A stretch of 64,000 nt of DNA, from the NCBI GenBank assembly GCA_002633005.1, contig NMRA01000001.1, positions 2,649,695-2,713,694 on the forward strand. The letters are read 5' to 3'. Each line of letters starts with the position of its first letter. Position 1 is the first letter of the stretch. A program made the translations under genes and the position numbers. This DNA comes from Phoronis australis (lineage: Eukaryota > Animalia > Phoronida). This document shows positions 11,201 through 26,200 of this stretch, in pieces. Below the pieces are notes generated by a model. The model had not been told where the DNA came from and searched no databases. It saw nothing but the letters and a program-made list of their open reading frames with translations.

Positions 11201-14200
11201 ACGATACTTTGGTAAATTTTAGATACACGACGCTCCGAGTGGTCAGGGTGACTCCGGGCGAGAACGTGTGAAGGACTTCACGTTTGATCACTCCTACTGG
11301 ACCATGGATCCTAGTGAACAAGTCTATCACTCTCAAGAACAGGTCAGGTCTCATTAAGTTGTACTGGTTTCGACAACATTTCTCAGTTTCATATCTATTT
11401 TGATCCCACTTAATTTTCATGAAATGTTGTTGTGCGTTTAGTATCCTACAATTGTGTCTGTTTTTTGTTTTAATTTTATTTTACACATTTCTCAAGTGCT
11501 TTTTATTTTTATTTTGATTTGAAACTGGCCATGTAAAAGCACTACCTTGCATGGTAAAATGTGGCTTTGACACTTAAAACATTCTTGGAATGTTCCTCTT
11601 GTCTCTTTAAGGCCATAACATGACAATGTCATAAACAGTTTGGTTAAAAATGCTGACTCACTTTCAAAACTCATGCTGTAACACCATAAGCAAGAAGCCA
11701 AACAGCTGAGATGAACACCCACCCACAGTAAACTGGCCTGTTCACTGTAAACGTGTTAATTGTTTCTGTTTCTATTTCCAAATTTCCACAAGAGCAGTCA
11801 CTTCATCTAACAGATCTTTAATTTTCTAAACACATGAGAATTGTAAAACAAGACTCCAGAAGGATGATCAGAAAGCGGTGAATTGACCAAACCATTATAA
11901 TCAATACGGCGCCTAGAGTAGGACTCTATTAATTTCAAGAACTTGTGACAAGAGGTTAACTTAATGCAGTGAGATGAAGCCAATTTGGTTTCATAGGGAA
12001 ATGAATACAATCACTTAGTTATTACACATTCAATTTAGCACCAGGCCCCTGTGTGCTGTGTGCCCCAGTTGTTGCTGAATGCCGTTAGCCATAAATGAGG
12101 AGGAGGAGTTTGGCGAGCTGTCAATCAAAAATTCCCTCTTCATACTAGGTGTTTCAAGATCTAGGAGTTGATGTTATCAAGTCAGGTTTTGAAGGTTACA
12201 ACGCCTGTATATTTGCATATGGTCAGACTGGCTCGGGGAAAACGTATACTATGATGGGGAAACAGGTATGTGACGTGCAACTTATAATGTTAATCAAACA
12301 GTTGATAAAGCAATGAAATCTGTTGCGAATGTCAAAATAAAAGCTTCTAGATAGCTTGGAGCACCATCCAGATTATCCTTAAATTTAATTCTATTACTAT
12401 TGCGCTAATCTTTTAGAAGAATTTTAAAAGCATGATCTTTAATTTCCATTCTTTTATAGAGTTTTTTATGTGTTAATTGGTCTCAGCTGATAAACAACAA
12501 TTACTACACGTTTTTGTTAAAAGTAAAATGGGGGTGGAAATGTGCTGATGTGTCCAATAATCAGTGTCGGGAAGTTGTTCAAGAAAAAAATAAAGTTTGT
12601 AGTTCTTGCTAAATGATGTCTGTGTAGAGCATTTAGAAAAATTGTTTTGTTTTTTGTTCCAAAATGTCATTAGTCCGTTCTTTCATGATTCGTGACTATT
12701 TTCATCGAAATTAACTTGTTTCTATGTAAGATATGTTCAAGCTTCATAATTTCTAGGAAATATATATTGGCCAATGAAGAGTGTCTGTCCACTCTCTTGC
12801 TCTTCCTCTAAATGCTTTTGAAATCATAGCTTGTCCCGTTAAATAGGCTAGCTCAGTCCAAGTTTATGCATCCCGCAAAACTTCCTTGTTCAGTTTGGAC
12901 AGGAAGACAGTGATAACAAATTGATTGAATGCTTTGGTGATAAGAATTTTTATTATTATATTAATTGTGTGCAGTGTATACGAGATGTCATAATATTTTT
13001 TATTGGTTTTTAGGATGATCAAGGTTTGATACCCAGGATATGTCAGGTGAGGACTTGTTTTTATTACTAGAAGTTATTTTGTTTTTTGATTATTGGATAT
13101 TATAATACGTTGAGTTGTGACAGTTGTTCCATACTGTTTGGAACATGGAGTCCATTCTTTATACTAACATTATTTTGTCAGTGACAAAAAGCTAGCATTT
13201 TAGCCCATTAGATGTGCTTTCTGCATAATTTGTGGTCTAGCGTTTTAGCCATTTTTGGAACAGGGTACTAGTCCCAATACACTGTGACAGGTATAGTGGG
13301 TAAACCAAGGTATTCATATTATAGGTCACCATTTAATTTCCAGTAGATTATGAGGTGCCATTCCTAAAATTCTTGACAAAGATTTGTCTCAGCACTTCTG
13401 CATTCCTTCGTCATCGGAACTGCATTATGAGCTTAGCAAAGAATAAAAGTAAAAGTTTTCAGGTGATGAAATATGACCGTTTGTCTTAAAACGGTTGACT
13501 TTCTTTGTTATTACTTGTATTGCCCACTGCAGATATACAGTCTTCGGGTTGCCAGATACCTTGGCTGTATTAAAATATATTTCTATTTTTCGTGTGAGAA
13601 GTTTTTATCACAAAATTAGCTTTTATTGGCACTTTTTACTTTTAGGGGCTCTTCTTAAGGATGAAAGAAAATTACGAAGACAGCACAACGTATCGTACGG
13701 AAGTGAGGTAACTATTGATTGACCTCATCTGAACATAGAGTCCATGTTGGTGATATAGTCTGAAATACATTGTGTAGGAAGTGAAACCTAAGGATCATAA
13801 ATGCCTGTGTGGGAGGCTTACATATTTTGGATGTTACTGAACTGTAAAGCTGATATGATACCAACATGAATCAAAAATCACCTTAATATTAGTTTGTTGC
13901 TTTTCCCTATTTTGGTTCGAGCTTGCTGCTCCATGTCGCATGTTCATAAGCTGGTCTAAACTGAAATCCTTGTTTGTGGATCTAAAAAACGTTCTGTATG
14001 ATGAGCCAGGTTTTCTGAGCACATCAGAGTTGTGATGAGCAGGCGAAGGTTGATACATTAGCCATCTGCAGTTATTAGATTATATCTGCCAAGTTTGTTA
14101 GTTTCCTGGTGTCAGCATTGCAACTCACAATGTAAAAGAAAATTGTATGATTGACCTAGTTTTTGTTGGGCAGTTCACAGTTGTGATGGCAAGCGAAGAC

Positions 14201-17200
14201 TGATACGTTAGGCAATCACAGTTTCAGACTATATCTGTCAACCTTGTCAGTTTCACATTGTAAAAGAAAATCTTTGCTGGCAAAACAAAAGAATGGCGAT
14301 GATTCAATAATTTGCATTACTTTACAGGCCCATCAAAAATGATCTTATTGTTACAATTACTGTTAGTATAGCTATTCTTAGAAATTGTGTTATCTCTTGT
14401 ACAATAAAAATCTTCAATTGGTGAACTGTCATTCACAGTAAGATGTGAAAAATTTTAAATTTTATGCAATGTTTATCTGGATGGGAACATGAAGATGAAT
14501 CAAGGGCACTCTATTCTGAAGTGATGTTACGGAAACATGGTTTATAACTGCATTTTAAATCAAATATTTGATTTTTGATTATTTTCAGCTACTTAGAGAT
14601 CTATAACGAACATGTCAGAGACCTTCTTCGCAATAAAAATGACCAGTCTCTGCGAGTGCGTGAGCATCCCAAGGAGGGGCCATATGTGCAAGGTGAGAAA
14701 AGGTGTTGGTTGTTTTTGAGCATTGTTTTATGAACAGCTGGTTTAACCAAAATGATAATTTGAATATTGTGTATTGACTAGATAAACCAGTAACGTCAAT
14801 ACCTTATGCTGTTTTCTATGCGAGTTTGAAATTTTAATTGTTCTCAAACTTAAGACGTTTTTTTGTAAAATATGTTAAAACTATGTTTTGCAGTTAACCG
14901 TGTTGCCTGAGGACTTTTGCATTGAAGTGTGACTTAAAATTTGATTTTGAATGGGAAGTCTTTTTGGTAAAGAATTCCAGAGTGTCAATGTAAAATTGCC
15001 TTGCCGAATTGCTTGTTGCATTGGGTACACAAATCAGTACTATCTGGAAAAGATGTCAGTGATTTATGAGCTGCTTCAAAACCTATTATCTAGGTGATGG
15101 ACGTTGTTATTGATCCAGGTGAAATGCTATATCCAAAAAGCTATAAATCATGTGATTGATAACTCTTTTGTGTATAATAATATTTTCTAATTCTATTAAA
15201 TAATTTTTGCATCTTGATAGGTTTTAGCCATTAATCATTTTTTACCTTATTTAATGTTGAAAATGAATTAACAGACATGTTTTTCACTTTGATCTGAATA
15301 ATCAAAGGCGATGGTATGTAGACAGGCTGTTTTAGTTGCAATACCGATGATGATGATGCTACATCATTCAGATTTGTCCAAACATCTTGTTGTGAGCTAC
15401 TCAGACATTAAGGAACTCATGGACCGAGGCAACACACAGAGAACTACAGCCTCTACCAACATGAACGACACCAGCAGTCGATCACACGCCATATTTACCA
15501 TCAAGTTTGTGCAGGTAAATGGTTCCCGGGTGAATTCTCTGGTTCATGTCTTGGAGGTTGTAGCTTGATTCTTCATCATGGTGAACATTGCTGGTTGTTG
15601 TTTTATGTCTTTGAGGCAGCACACTTTCCCCATATAAATGGACCTCGGAAAATGTCATTACAGGAGATGCATTATGCTGCTTTTTGTAAAAAGGTGTACT
15701 TAACTAAAAAAACATGCAGTTTTGTTCATTTTTCCTTTCAAAATTGATTGGTTTTTAAATTGTACATGTTGCGCCAAATTCATTTCCTTGGTACTCTGCA
15801 GCAGTGATCAGTGATGTAAAAAGATGACTTCAAGACTGTTAGTTTTGCAAATTGTTATAAATAGCCTATTTTCTTGGCTTTTCAAATGTTTAAATTTTAT
15901 CAACACGTTCTGGAAAACTAAACATGACTAATGTGTATTCCTGATTGAATTTACCATGATTTAGGCCAAGTTCAACAAGAACATGCCAAGTGAAACCCAA
16001 AGTAAGATCCACCTGGTGGATTTGGCAGGCAGTGAAAGAGCAGATGCCACTGGTGCTACAGGTCAAAGGTTAAAAGAGGGCGCTAGTATCAACAAATCTC
16101 TAGTCACACTGGGAAATGTAATCTCTACTCTAGGTTAGTAGCTGAAACCAGGTTGAAAATGTGACTATTTTTCAAAGTGGCTGTCATGATAGGGTGGTGG
16201 ATATTGGTTTTCAGGTATTTAAATGGAGGTGAAATTTTCTTTTCACATTGTTGAAATTGGCTTATTTAGCAAGTAGTTGCATGATGTAAATTCCAGACTT
16301 CAGAACAAAAAGTTCTTGCATTAGCACAAATAGTTCATAATATAGTATACTGAAATTTTCTTCCAAAATTTGTTTAATATTCTGTAGCATATTCTTTTGC
16401 TTATCTGAATAGTTTAATAATTTGATTCTAGCTGAAATGTCAGATCGGAAGTCTGGTAAAGTCTTCATTCCGTATCGTGACTCAGTTCTTACGTGGTTGC
16501 TGAAGGATAGTCTGGGCGGTAACTCCAAGACAATAATGATCGCAAGTTTGTATTATTTTAGTCATTGTTCACTGTGAAATTAGTTAATAATCATATGATG
16601 CAATAATTAGACTATGTAAAAGTTCTTTTTTCTTATTTATAAGTTATTCAAGTAAGTTCTGAAGTAAAGGTTATACTTGTTTTAATCGGATTTTGTGATT
16701 TTATAAGTCATTCAGAGATTTGTGAATTCTACTAGTGTTTCATGTGTGTTACTGTAGCCATTTTGTTTTATTTGCCAGTGGCAGTTGAATCCCCCTTTCC
16801 CTATTCATTACGCAGGTGAATTTTATGACGAGCATTAAAACACACATAATTCACAATTTTCGTTTCGGTCATGGAATCTCTTTGCCTTTGAATGGCATTC
16901 TGTGTTAATTTATTTTTTGTTTATATCATGTTTGAAACATGTACTACAGTGAAAAGTATCACAACTGTTTCCCTGTGTTGCAGCCCTATCTCCTGCTGAT
17001 GTGAACTACACTGAGACCTTGAGTACATTGCGCTATGCTAATCGGGCTAAGAACATTATTAACAAGCCGACTGTCAATGAAGATCCCAACGTTCGTCTCA
17101 TTCGTGAACTGAGAGAAGAAATAGCCAGGCTTAAAGCCATGTTGGGTGGAAACCTAGTATGTTTCATGCTTCCAAATGTAGAAATTAATCGCATCTGTAA

Positions 17201-20200
17201 TATATTGATAATAAAACCTGTTTGGTGGACTGAATATTTACCTTTTTCTAGTGCCACGGAGTCCTCTCATCTCTATGGGTTGATATACGAAGTTCCCGGA
17301 TGGCTCAAGACCTGCAATTTGTTACAGTCACATCTGTGTTGCAAAGTTGGACTCGCGTATTTTCCACAGAGCAGCAAGTTTTTAGCCTTATGATAGTTTG
17401 AAGTTTCTGAACACAGTTTATTCATCACTACTTGTCATTTTGGTTTTACGAAAACATGCTTTTGTGTTGTGATCCAGGACAATATTACATCACCTAGAGT
17501 GAAAGAGAGGCTACATGAAAATGAGGCTCGGGTGAAAGTTCTCACAGATGAGTGGGCAGGCAAGTGGAAGGAGATCCAGCATATACTGGAGGTAAGTGTC
17601 GACTGAGTGGATCACTCAAGAGCATCATTTTGTTACATTGTGTTTAATAACTTCGCTTGTTTAAAGGATCAAAAATCAAGTTTTTGTTTTAGTTGTTTAC
17701 ATAATACAGACCTTATCCATTTCAATGTTAATCAGTAGAAATTATATTGTATTTGCTGAAAGTTTCAGTGAGAAGAGTGGTTTTGAAATGTAGTGTCCAT
17801 GGTTTATGGTTGTTTTTTCAAATTAAGACACTTAAGATAATTAGCTGACTTCACTGTTATGCTCAGTGAAACACTGTGCTGTACTGGAAGGAAATTTCAC
17901 ACATCTAAATTGTTCTGTTTACATTTCTTTTTCAAACTTTTTACTAGTATTTTTTACAAGATGTGTTAACTAAATTAATTTTTGCTGGCAGGACCAAACA
18001 CTAGCCTTGAGGAAAGTTCAAGGACTGGGCGTGGTTCTTGATTCGGATCTGCCTCATCTGATTGGTCTGGATGATGACATACTTAGCACAGGCATCATGC
18101 TGTTCCACTTGAAGGTCAGTTTGGTGCAGTGTGGTCATATAACAATACAATGTTTAGACCATTTGTATTATTGTGTGGTTTCCATCAATAGAAGGCTGAA
18201 ATGAAGTCTGCATTCCTCACAAAATACTAAATTTGGTGTCGCAAATAGCAGCTTGAATTCAGAACTCAAAATGGTTGTGATGTAGAATGCTGATAGTAAG
18301 CTAATGCATTACGCCTTTATTCAGTGGTCATTGCAGACAGATCTTTCTCCACTGTTGAGTGGTCTGCAATCATGACACAAGTGCTATAATGCTGGACATT
18401 TGAGAGTTACCTAATCACTAGTGCTACTACTTTCTTCCATACATAGCCAGGGTTGGCAAGGACTTATCGATGTCTGTGAGAATTGTTAAACAAAAGACCA
18501 GGGCCCGGTCTCTAATCTTTGTACTCTAAACGAACTGGAAATTATTTTTGGCAATTTCTCTGCTCCTTTTGTGCGAACTCAAGATAAGTGGTTATCAGAT
18601 GGTGCTCGAATAATTATAGTTTATGCATATGAGTTTCTAGTCCAAGTTTGCACTTAAAAGCCCTCATACGCGTGCTACAAACTCAAGTAAAAACTCGAAA
18701 CTTCGAGTTTAAACTCAAACTTTTAGCTTTAATGTTGGATTTGTCAACTGCAAACTAGGACTAATCAATCATCCACGTAAGTCATTATGCATTCGAGCAT
18801 TGAGAAATGGACACTTATCTTGAGCTCGCAAAAAAGTAGATTAAAAAATGGCAAACATTATTTCGAGTTCCATTTCGAGTAAAAAGATTCGAGACTGGGC
18901 CCAGGTGGCTTATGGTCATGGGCAATGCCATCAAATACGCTGTTTACAGTTTAGCTGCCATATGGTACACCGTTTATTTGTTGTTAGGCTGTTGAGAACA
19001 AGAAGAGAAATTTGCATTTTTTGTACCACTTCAAAGTAATATGAATAGCAGAATGCTCCCAGTTGACCCACAGTTTTTGAACATGACTACATTTTGTAAC
19101 AATTCATTGCTTGTGAGTACATTTTGAGGAGTAAATTTGATGTTATATTAAACTTTTCAGGAGGGCATAACCAGGATAGGTCGTGTAGATGGTGCAGTCA
19201 AGCAGGATATTGTTCTCAATGGTTTGGAGGTAGAATCTGAACACTGCCTTATTGATCATCATAATGGAGTAGTTACACTCCAGCCAATAGAGGGCGCGTT
19301 CTGCAGTGTTAATGGAGTTCATGTTTCGGAGTCCATTGTTTTGTCTCAAGGTAGGAAAGCTTGGACTGTATTTTGTCATCATAGTGAACATGAATTCAGA
19401 AGTTACACTGTAATTAGCCAGTTGTGTGCAGTGGCACTGGAATGACAAGCACTGAGTGAGCACTAACACACATACTGTTTTCTCAATTTTTTATAACTCA
19501 TGTCCTGTCAAGTCGCATTTCTGTGTTGATCTGACACATGGTTTATGTAATGTGCCCATAGACTGGATTGATAGTTGATCCCTTTCCCTTTGGTTAAAAT
19601 GAAAGTTAAATAAACATTTTATTCTTGGGAATTACTGTGTCATGGTGTTAGACATGTCACCGTGTATTCTTGTCGACTTCAGGCAGCGAACCCAGACTAA
19701 TTTGACTTCGCACGTAATTCTATGCAACACGTTTCTCATCACTCACAGTTATTCAGCATCAAGTTATTTGAAACCACAATTTCAGGTCACTATCCTTTGG
19801 CTTTTCACGATGTTATCCCATTTCTCCTTGATTAGTATCACTTTCCTTTTGCATTGTTCATTTCTGTTTCTCAACCTGTTCCTTTTAGGTGCTGTCATTT
19901 TGTTGGGCCAGACTAACATGTTCCGTTTTAATCACCCAGCTCAGGCTGCCAAACTTAGAGAGGAACACACTAAGGTAGTGACATCTTGGGGACAATGTGG
20001 AAATTATTGTGATTTGTTGCAATCCTCCAAATAGTTTTCTGAAAACAAAGTACTTTAAGCTTTATTTCAAAGAAATTGTTGTTTGCTCTTGCGTTTATTG
20101 AAGACTCATTATTATGACAGAATTGGACTTTGTGGCTTTAACATTTCATTTGCTTGTGTGCATTGATATCTAGTTTAGTGTTTGGACACTTCACTGAGCA

Positions 20201-23200
20201 CCTAGGAAGTCTTTCGATTGTATTTTGATGCAAGCCATAATTAACTGCTTGTTTAATTAATTAATGATAATCCTGAATTACAGGAATGTTATCCCAAAGT
20301 AAAACAATTGTTAGAATTGTTAAATTTCCTCTTGTAACATGTTAAAAGGATGGGCCAGAGCCATTCACCTCTGTAGGAGTCTCTTCTGGACCAATCAATG
20401 ACCAGCTTTTTGACATATAGCTCCATCTGTTGTAGGGCAATCTCCAAAGCCGATCTCTGATGCAGAAGGCATCTCTCAGCCAGTCAATGACCAGCTTAGT
20501 ACAGTCAACAGAGAACTTGGCCTCATTCAGCCCTGTCTTTGAATTGGAAGAAAGGCATCGCGAGGAGATGGAGCAACTAGATGAGAAGAGGTAACAACTG
20601 TTGCAGATTCTGTGAACTGACCGCTTTAAGAGAGATGTAATCTTAGACACAGTTGGTTGAGTTGACTCCAAATAAATTTGGCTAAATTTCCTGTTACACT
20701 AATGACATCTGGTGGTTCAAACTCTGATTATTACCAGCACATCCACCAGCACCATCTTCACAACTGACATACTGTTTTAGCTGTTGAGGCTACTGCAATC
20801 ATCATAGTACACAATGACTAAATCATAGGGTGGCTCATGCATCAGTTCTGTCTTCTAACTGAGCTGAAGATCCGTCGGTATTGAGCAAAATGGCTATATA
20901 CAACAGATTCTGAGAAATGGAAATCAGAAGAAATTCTCCTGGGAGCAAAGCACTTGTTGAATATGATAGTAATAACAAAAAAAATTTCCTTATTTGGTTA
21001 CATCTCCCTTCTCTGACAATGACAATTGACTTATCGCCAGGATTTTGAGTGACGGCTTAACTGACCATCCAGAACGCAGCATTATTGACTCATCTTCGTT
21101 TCCAAGCCGCCATTTTACCTGACAAACAACACGTTGCCGGGTACAACTTATTGTTTGTTAGTCAAAATGAATAATGATAATAATAATTAAGCCTCATTTT
21201 CACGGTGCTGTACATTATTGATCACTTTGAAAATTATTACCGGGCCACGGACCTTATCAATCTTGACCCTTCTCAACTCCGCGGGAGTATGCAATGGGTG
21301 CAGTCATTGTCGGCACGCACCGATTAATCCAAACGCTTAATGTTTGTATAAGTTTCAAGTGCTAAAATGCCCAAGTGGTTACCTGAATGGGAAAAAATCA
21401 AGACCTGCAACTTTTTTTGAAAATGTAATGTGACTGGTTTCTTCTGCTATTTTACGGGTTCAAATCGCATCATAATAGTGATAGACATGTCATCATTAAA
21501 CATATATATATTCTCTACCATTGTATTGTCATGCTTGCTATTGTTTCAGACGACTAATTGAAGAGATGGAGCAGAGATTTCAACTCTCTGAGAATGCGCG
21601 AGTCCAAGAGCAGACACAGAAAGAGCGGGAAATGGAAAAGAGGCGGGAAGAGATGAGGCTTATGCAGGAGGAGATGGAGAGGTTGAAAGTGGAAAATGAA
21701 AAGGTAGACAACTATAAACACTGTAATAATATTCATACTGTGTAATGCAATCATGACCCGAGAAGGCCCTGACTGCTGAAATGACTTGTGTAATATTACA
21801 ATTTGTGCAGTCAGTAGAGATCCTGATTTTCCCATTTGAAAAACAGAGAAATCCTTTGTTGCAAACTTAAAATACATTTTCTCTGTTTTTTTTTTGAGAA
21901 AAATTGCTAAATATTGCAGGAATCGACTTATTTTTTTGTTCCACACTACAGTTTTGTTTCACTGATGACTTAATTGTTTCTCAAACCAGAAAGATTAATG
22001 GCACCGCACCGTCTGTAGAAAGATTGTGCAACTACTTTGACATGCTGCTGCCAAGTAACTATCGACCGACTTGTAACCAGATTCAGCTCCGGGTAACAAA
22101 TTTGATGGTTTATAGTCTTAATTTTGGGTTATTAAAAAGCAAACGTTAGAATTATGATATCTTCTTCTGAAATATGTGAATTGTGTTCGAAACTTCTAAT
22201 TCCATGAAGAAGACAGATTCTGTGACTTCCACCTGTTTCCTGTTATGGCGGAAATCTAGGGTAACCTCTTCAACATGTTGGATAAAATTACTCAACGATG
22301 AATTTTTCTGCTTTTGCAATCATCTCTACCCTAAAACATTTACAGGCAAAACTCCATATCAAGACTGAAGAAGATAGGCTGAGAAGAAAGAGTATGGATC
22401 TGGAAAAGCAGAAACAGTTTTTCGAAACACAACGAGATATACAGCTAGCACACTTTCAAGAACAAAAAGTAATTGTTCCTTTTTTGAAAGAGTAATTATA
22501 ACTATAAGTTATTAGTAGAGTAAGATCTGTTCCATCTGCTGGTTATTTATTTGTTACATAGTATTTGTCATGTAACTAGTTGGACTTATTCATTTCTTTG
22601 GTAGTGGAGTGCTTTGGTTGTGAAAGGGAGTTCGCTGAGCTACTTAGTTTTGCTATGGGATTTTGACTTAAGTGGCATTGAAACTGATATTGGGAACAGC
22701 CCAGAGGCAGTTAAGTGAAAAGTTGAGTGTTACAAAGGCTGTAAGATTTTTTACTGCTGTTGTTCAAAACTTGTTCCTGTAAAGACATGTGGTTTAGTGT
22801 TGAACTCCTTCAAGGCCAAGTTTTGTGTTGTTATTAAGACGCGTTTTCCAGGAGAAAGAGTTGGAAGCTTTTGAGAAAGAGCGTCTCAACTTACAAAATG
22901 AGAAGGAGGAGTTAGGGAAGAGAATTGAGGAAGAAGTGCATAAGTTGAGGGTTGAGGAAGAGCGCCAACAGAGGGCAGTAGAAGAAGCCAAGAGGGAACT
23001 GGCGTTTGTAAGTAGTTTCTAAACAAATCAACATGCTTGCCTGTTGTGGATTTTATTCACTGCTTGCCAGTTGAGGAAATGATCTTTCTTTACTGGTGCA
23101 CTCAGTTTGTTTTTATTTTTGCATTGGCTCTTGGCATAGGTGTTTTATCATGCTGTGAGCTATGAACTGTCACAGGGAAAATTTAGGAGTGTTTCCTGCC

Positions 23201-26200
23201 CGTGTCATTGGCGCATACACGTTTTCATTGACGCACTGGTGTTGGTTAAGTCGGGCCAATGGGTTTATTGAATTTGTCGCAATTGCACCTTGAATAATAG
23301 GCCTTGCATTCATATTTTAACACCATTAAAATACAGAGTAGCATAAAAACTAATGTCAGTGACCATAAAGCAACAAATGAATGTTAGTGATATGGGGTCC
23401 AGCATATTGTAAAATTAATTATTCGGACCAGTCACTAGTTGTGCAACTTACGCGGCAGACAGAATCCCACAATTGCGAATCGACTAAGGGCACGAACTAC
23501 TAATGTGACTCTTAGGTCCTCCAATTTTGAAATTTATAGTATTTTAAATTTTCCATTTAGCCCATCTTAAAATTTTCAGGGCACCAATAAATGCATTTGG
23601 GCTTCTTTCATTTTTTTCATTCCAGTCTATTTTGGTTGGCAGAAAGAATGCTGGTTATGCATTTTAACGTATTGGCAGTTTACTGCAGTGAAAAATTTGA
23701 ACCATTATCCCGTTTCTTGGACCGGTTACCATAACAACCCCCATCATGTGTTGAGTAGACACGACAGTTTGACTTTTTTTGTTCTACACAAGAGTTTGAA
23801 TCTTTTTCTGAACTGAACCATGAGAACTGAGAACCTACTAGGATTAAAGTAAGAACCAAACCTCACAGAATAGTGTCTGACCCATTGCACCTCTTATTCC
23901 TGTTCATTTGTCTTTAACAGCACTCGTGCTTAACATGATAATGTTCTGAGAAAATCTCTGAAACAAATATAATGGAAAATACAATATGAATGCAAATAGT
24001 GCTAACACCGTATTGTGAATTATTTACTAAACTTGTATTTGACTGACAGGAGCTGGAAGCCCTTCTGCAAGAACAAGAACAACAGAAACTTTTGAACGAA
24101 CGGGAACAGAGGCGATTAGAAGAGCAGGAGAGAGCGCAGGTGGAAGAGTTGAAGAGGATGGAGTCAGATATCAAGACGAAGCGCGACAGTTTGAGGAAGG
24201 AGCAGCAGCAGGTATTGTTGATTTATTGATTGACTGTTTCAAGTTATATTGCTTGGTCACAACCTGGGATGTACAACTGATATGACTATTACCGTGGGTC
24301 GTGTATGTCCGTGCGTGTGTGCGTGTGTCGAGTAATTACACTTCTTATTTCTATATTATACTTATGGTAGAGCTCACTGGTAGTATTTTTGGTGTGTTAA
24401 ACAGTACAAAATTTTTTTTCTCCCGACTTGAAGTCGTCGATTTCCATGCCTCAAACAGAAAACTCAGTATGACTTCAAAATCCTAAAGGAGAGATGCTTA
24501 CATGATAAATTTTGGGGATGCGACGTTTTGCCCTGATTATAATGAGAACCAAGGATTCTAGTTTAGCTAAAAGAAATGTTGGAAGCTGTATGGCTTAGTG
24601 CTTTATGTGGTTATGCTCTAGCAAATGGAGAAGTTGGCCGTGGAAAGAAACAACCTGCTCCTTCTCAAAGAGCAACAAGCCAATGCTATGAAGCTTTTGG
24701 AGGATTTTGAGTCAACTGCCAAGGAATCACTGCAAGCTGAACGGGAGAAACTTGCGGATACTCTAACTAAACTCGACTCAAGAGAGGCCAGTATTAACCT
24801 GAGGTATGAGAAACTAGAGTGTGAAGTCATCGCTAAACATGAGGATAGCTGGAATGAACTTTGCGGTCTGAGAAAAGAACTGGATGCTGAGAAGAAGGAA
24901 CTGGAAGCGCTCGTTGAAAAGCTAAACTCGTTGTCATCATCGGATGAGGAATATTCGGAGATAAGTGCAGCCGTCGAGACGGGGAGTAAAGATGTTGCGA
25001 AGAAAGAGAGAAAGCTTTGTGATAAGGAAAAGAACTTGGAAGCTGAGCTTCAAAAGGAACTGTCAGATTTGCAAGCTGAGAAGCAAAAAGAGTTGAAGAG
25101 TTTGGAAGAAGAAAAGGCTAGAATTACAAATAATGAAGACAGGTACGTTCTGTGTGACTGTAGTACCCCTGTAGAGGTTATTGAATGGGTTGGCCGTGGT
25201 TCAGGTTTAAAGTACGAGTCACTTTCGGTCATATTTTGCTAATCTTAATTTTTGTGCAGGCTTTTTTATTTTTTATTTTTATTTGAAATTTGCTCTCGAT
25301 TGTGCTAAATGTTTACTTTGCTTATGTTGGAACCCAAATTCAGATAAACTTTGCTTATTGTTAATTTTCACTTTTGCTTTTTCCTAAAAAAATAGTGGCA
25401 TGTTTTTTGAGGCATAGTTCTTAATTCACTGTGTGGGTTTTGAGCGATAGGATCAACTTCATTTTCGGATGTGGCTAATATTTTCCCAAATGTTATCTTT
25501 AAACTTCAGCAATACAAAGGTCTGTCAGATAATCAGTCATGATAATTTATAACTCATTGTTTTTCCATTGGTGATAATAGTCACTTGTTTTGCACTGCAG
25601 TATCTATTTATAACAGTTACTGTTGCTATGTAAATGTCCCATCATGTCAATACGTCAACCTGCTGGAGATCTTTTGTATATGGCTCTGTGCCTCTCATAC
25701 AGTAAGTAATGGTAAGCACTTCCTGGTGTTCAAGAGATGTTGATTGTTGTGGCCTCATAGTAAACTTGGATTGAACTTCACCAATAGTAGACTGACATAA
25801 CAGCCATTATCACCTAAGAAGCAGACTACAATATTTACGTTATTGAAAATCTGTACTTTCTAATTTGCAAAATCTGTCAAAATTATAATCTTTTTGGAAA
25901 CTTACTCAAAAGAATACAACCTCTAATAGCAATTTTGTATCGCCATTATGGGTGATTTGAATGAACATTTCGTTTATTCTGACTGTGTAATGGAACTTGT
26001 ACAAAGTGAATGTTTTGAGCTGATAAAAATTTCCTGTATTTTCTTCCAAAAATCATTTCCTTTATTATGTTTTTGTACACTGAACAGATTGACATCTCTG
26101 AAGTATATTGAATTAGTGTACCGTATGCATGTTTGTCTATAGGCAACATGACCTGCATGAACTGATATATTCTATAATCAGTTTCTTCTTAAAGGGTACT

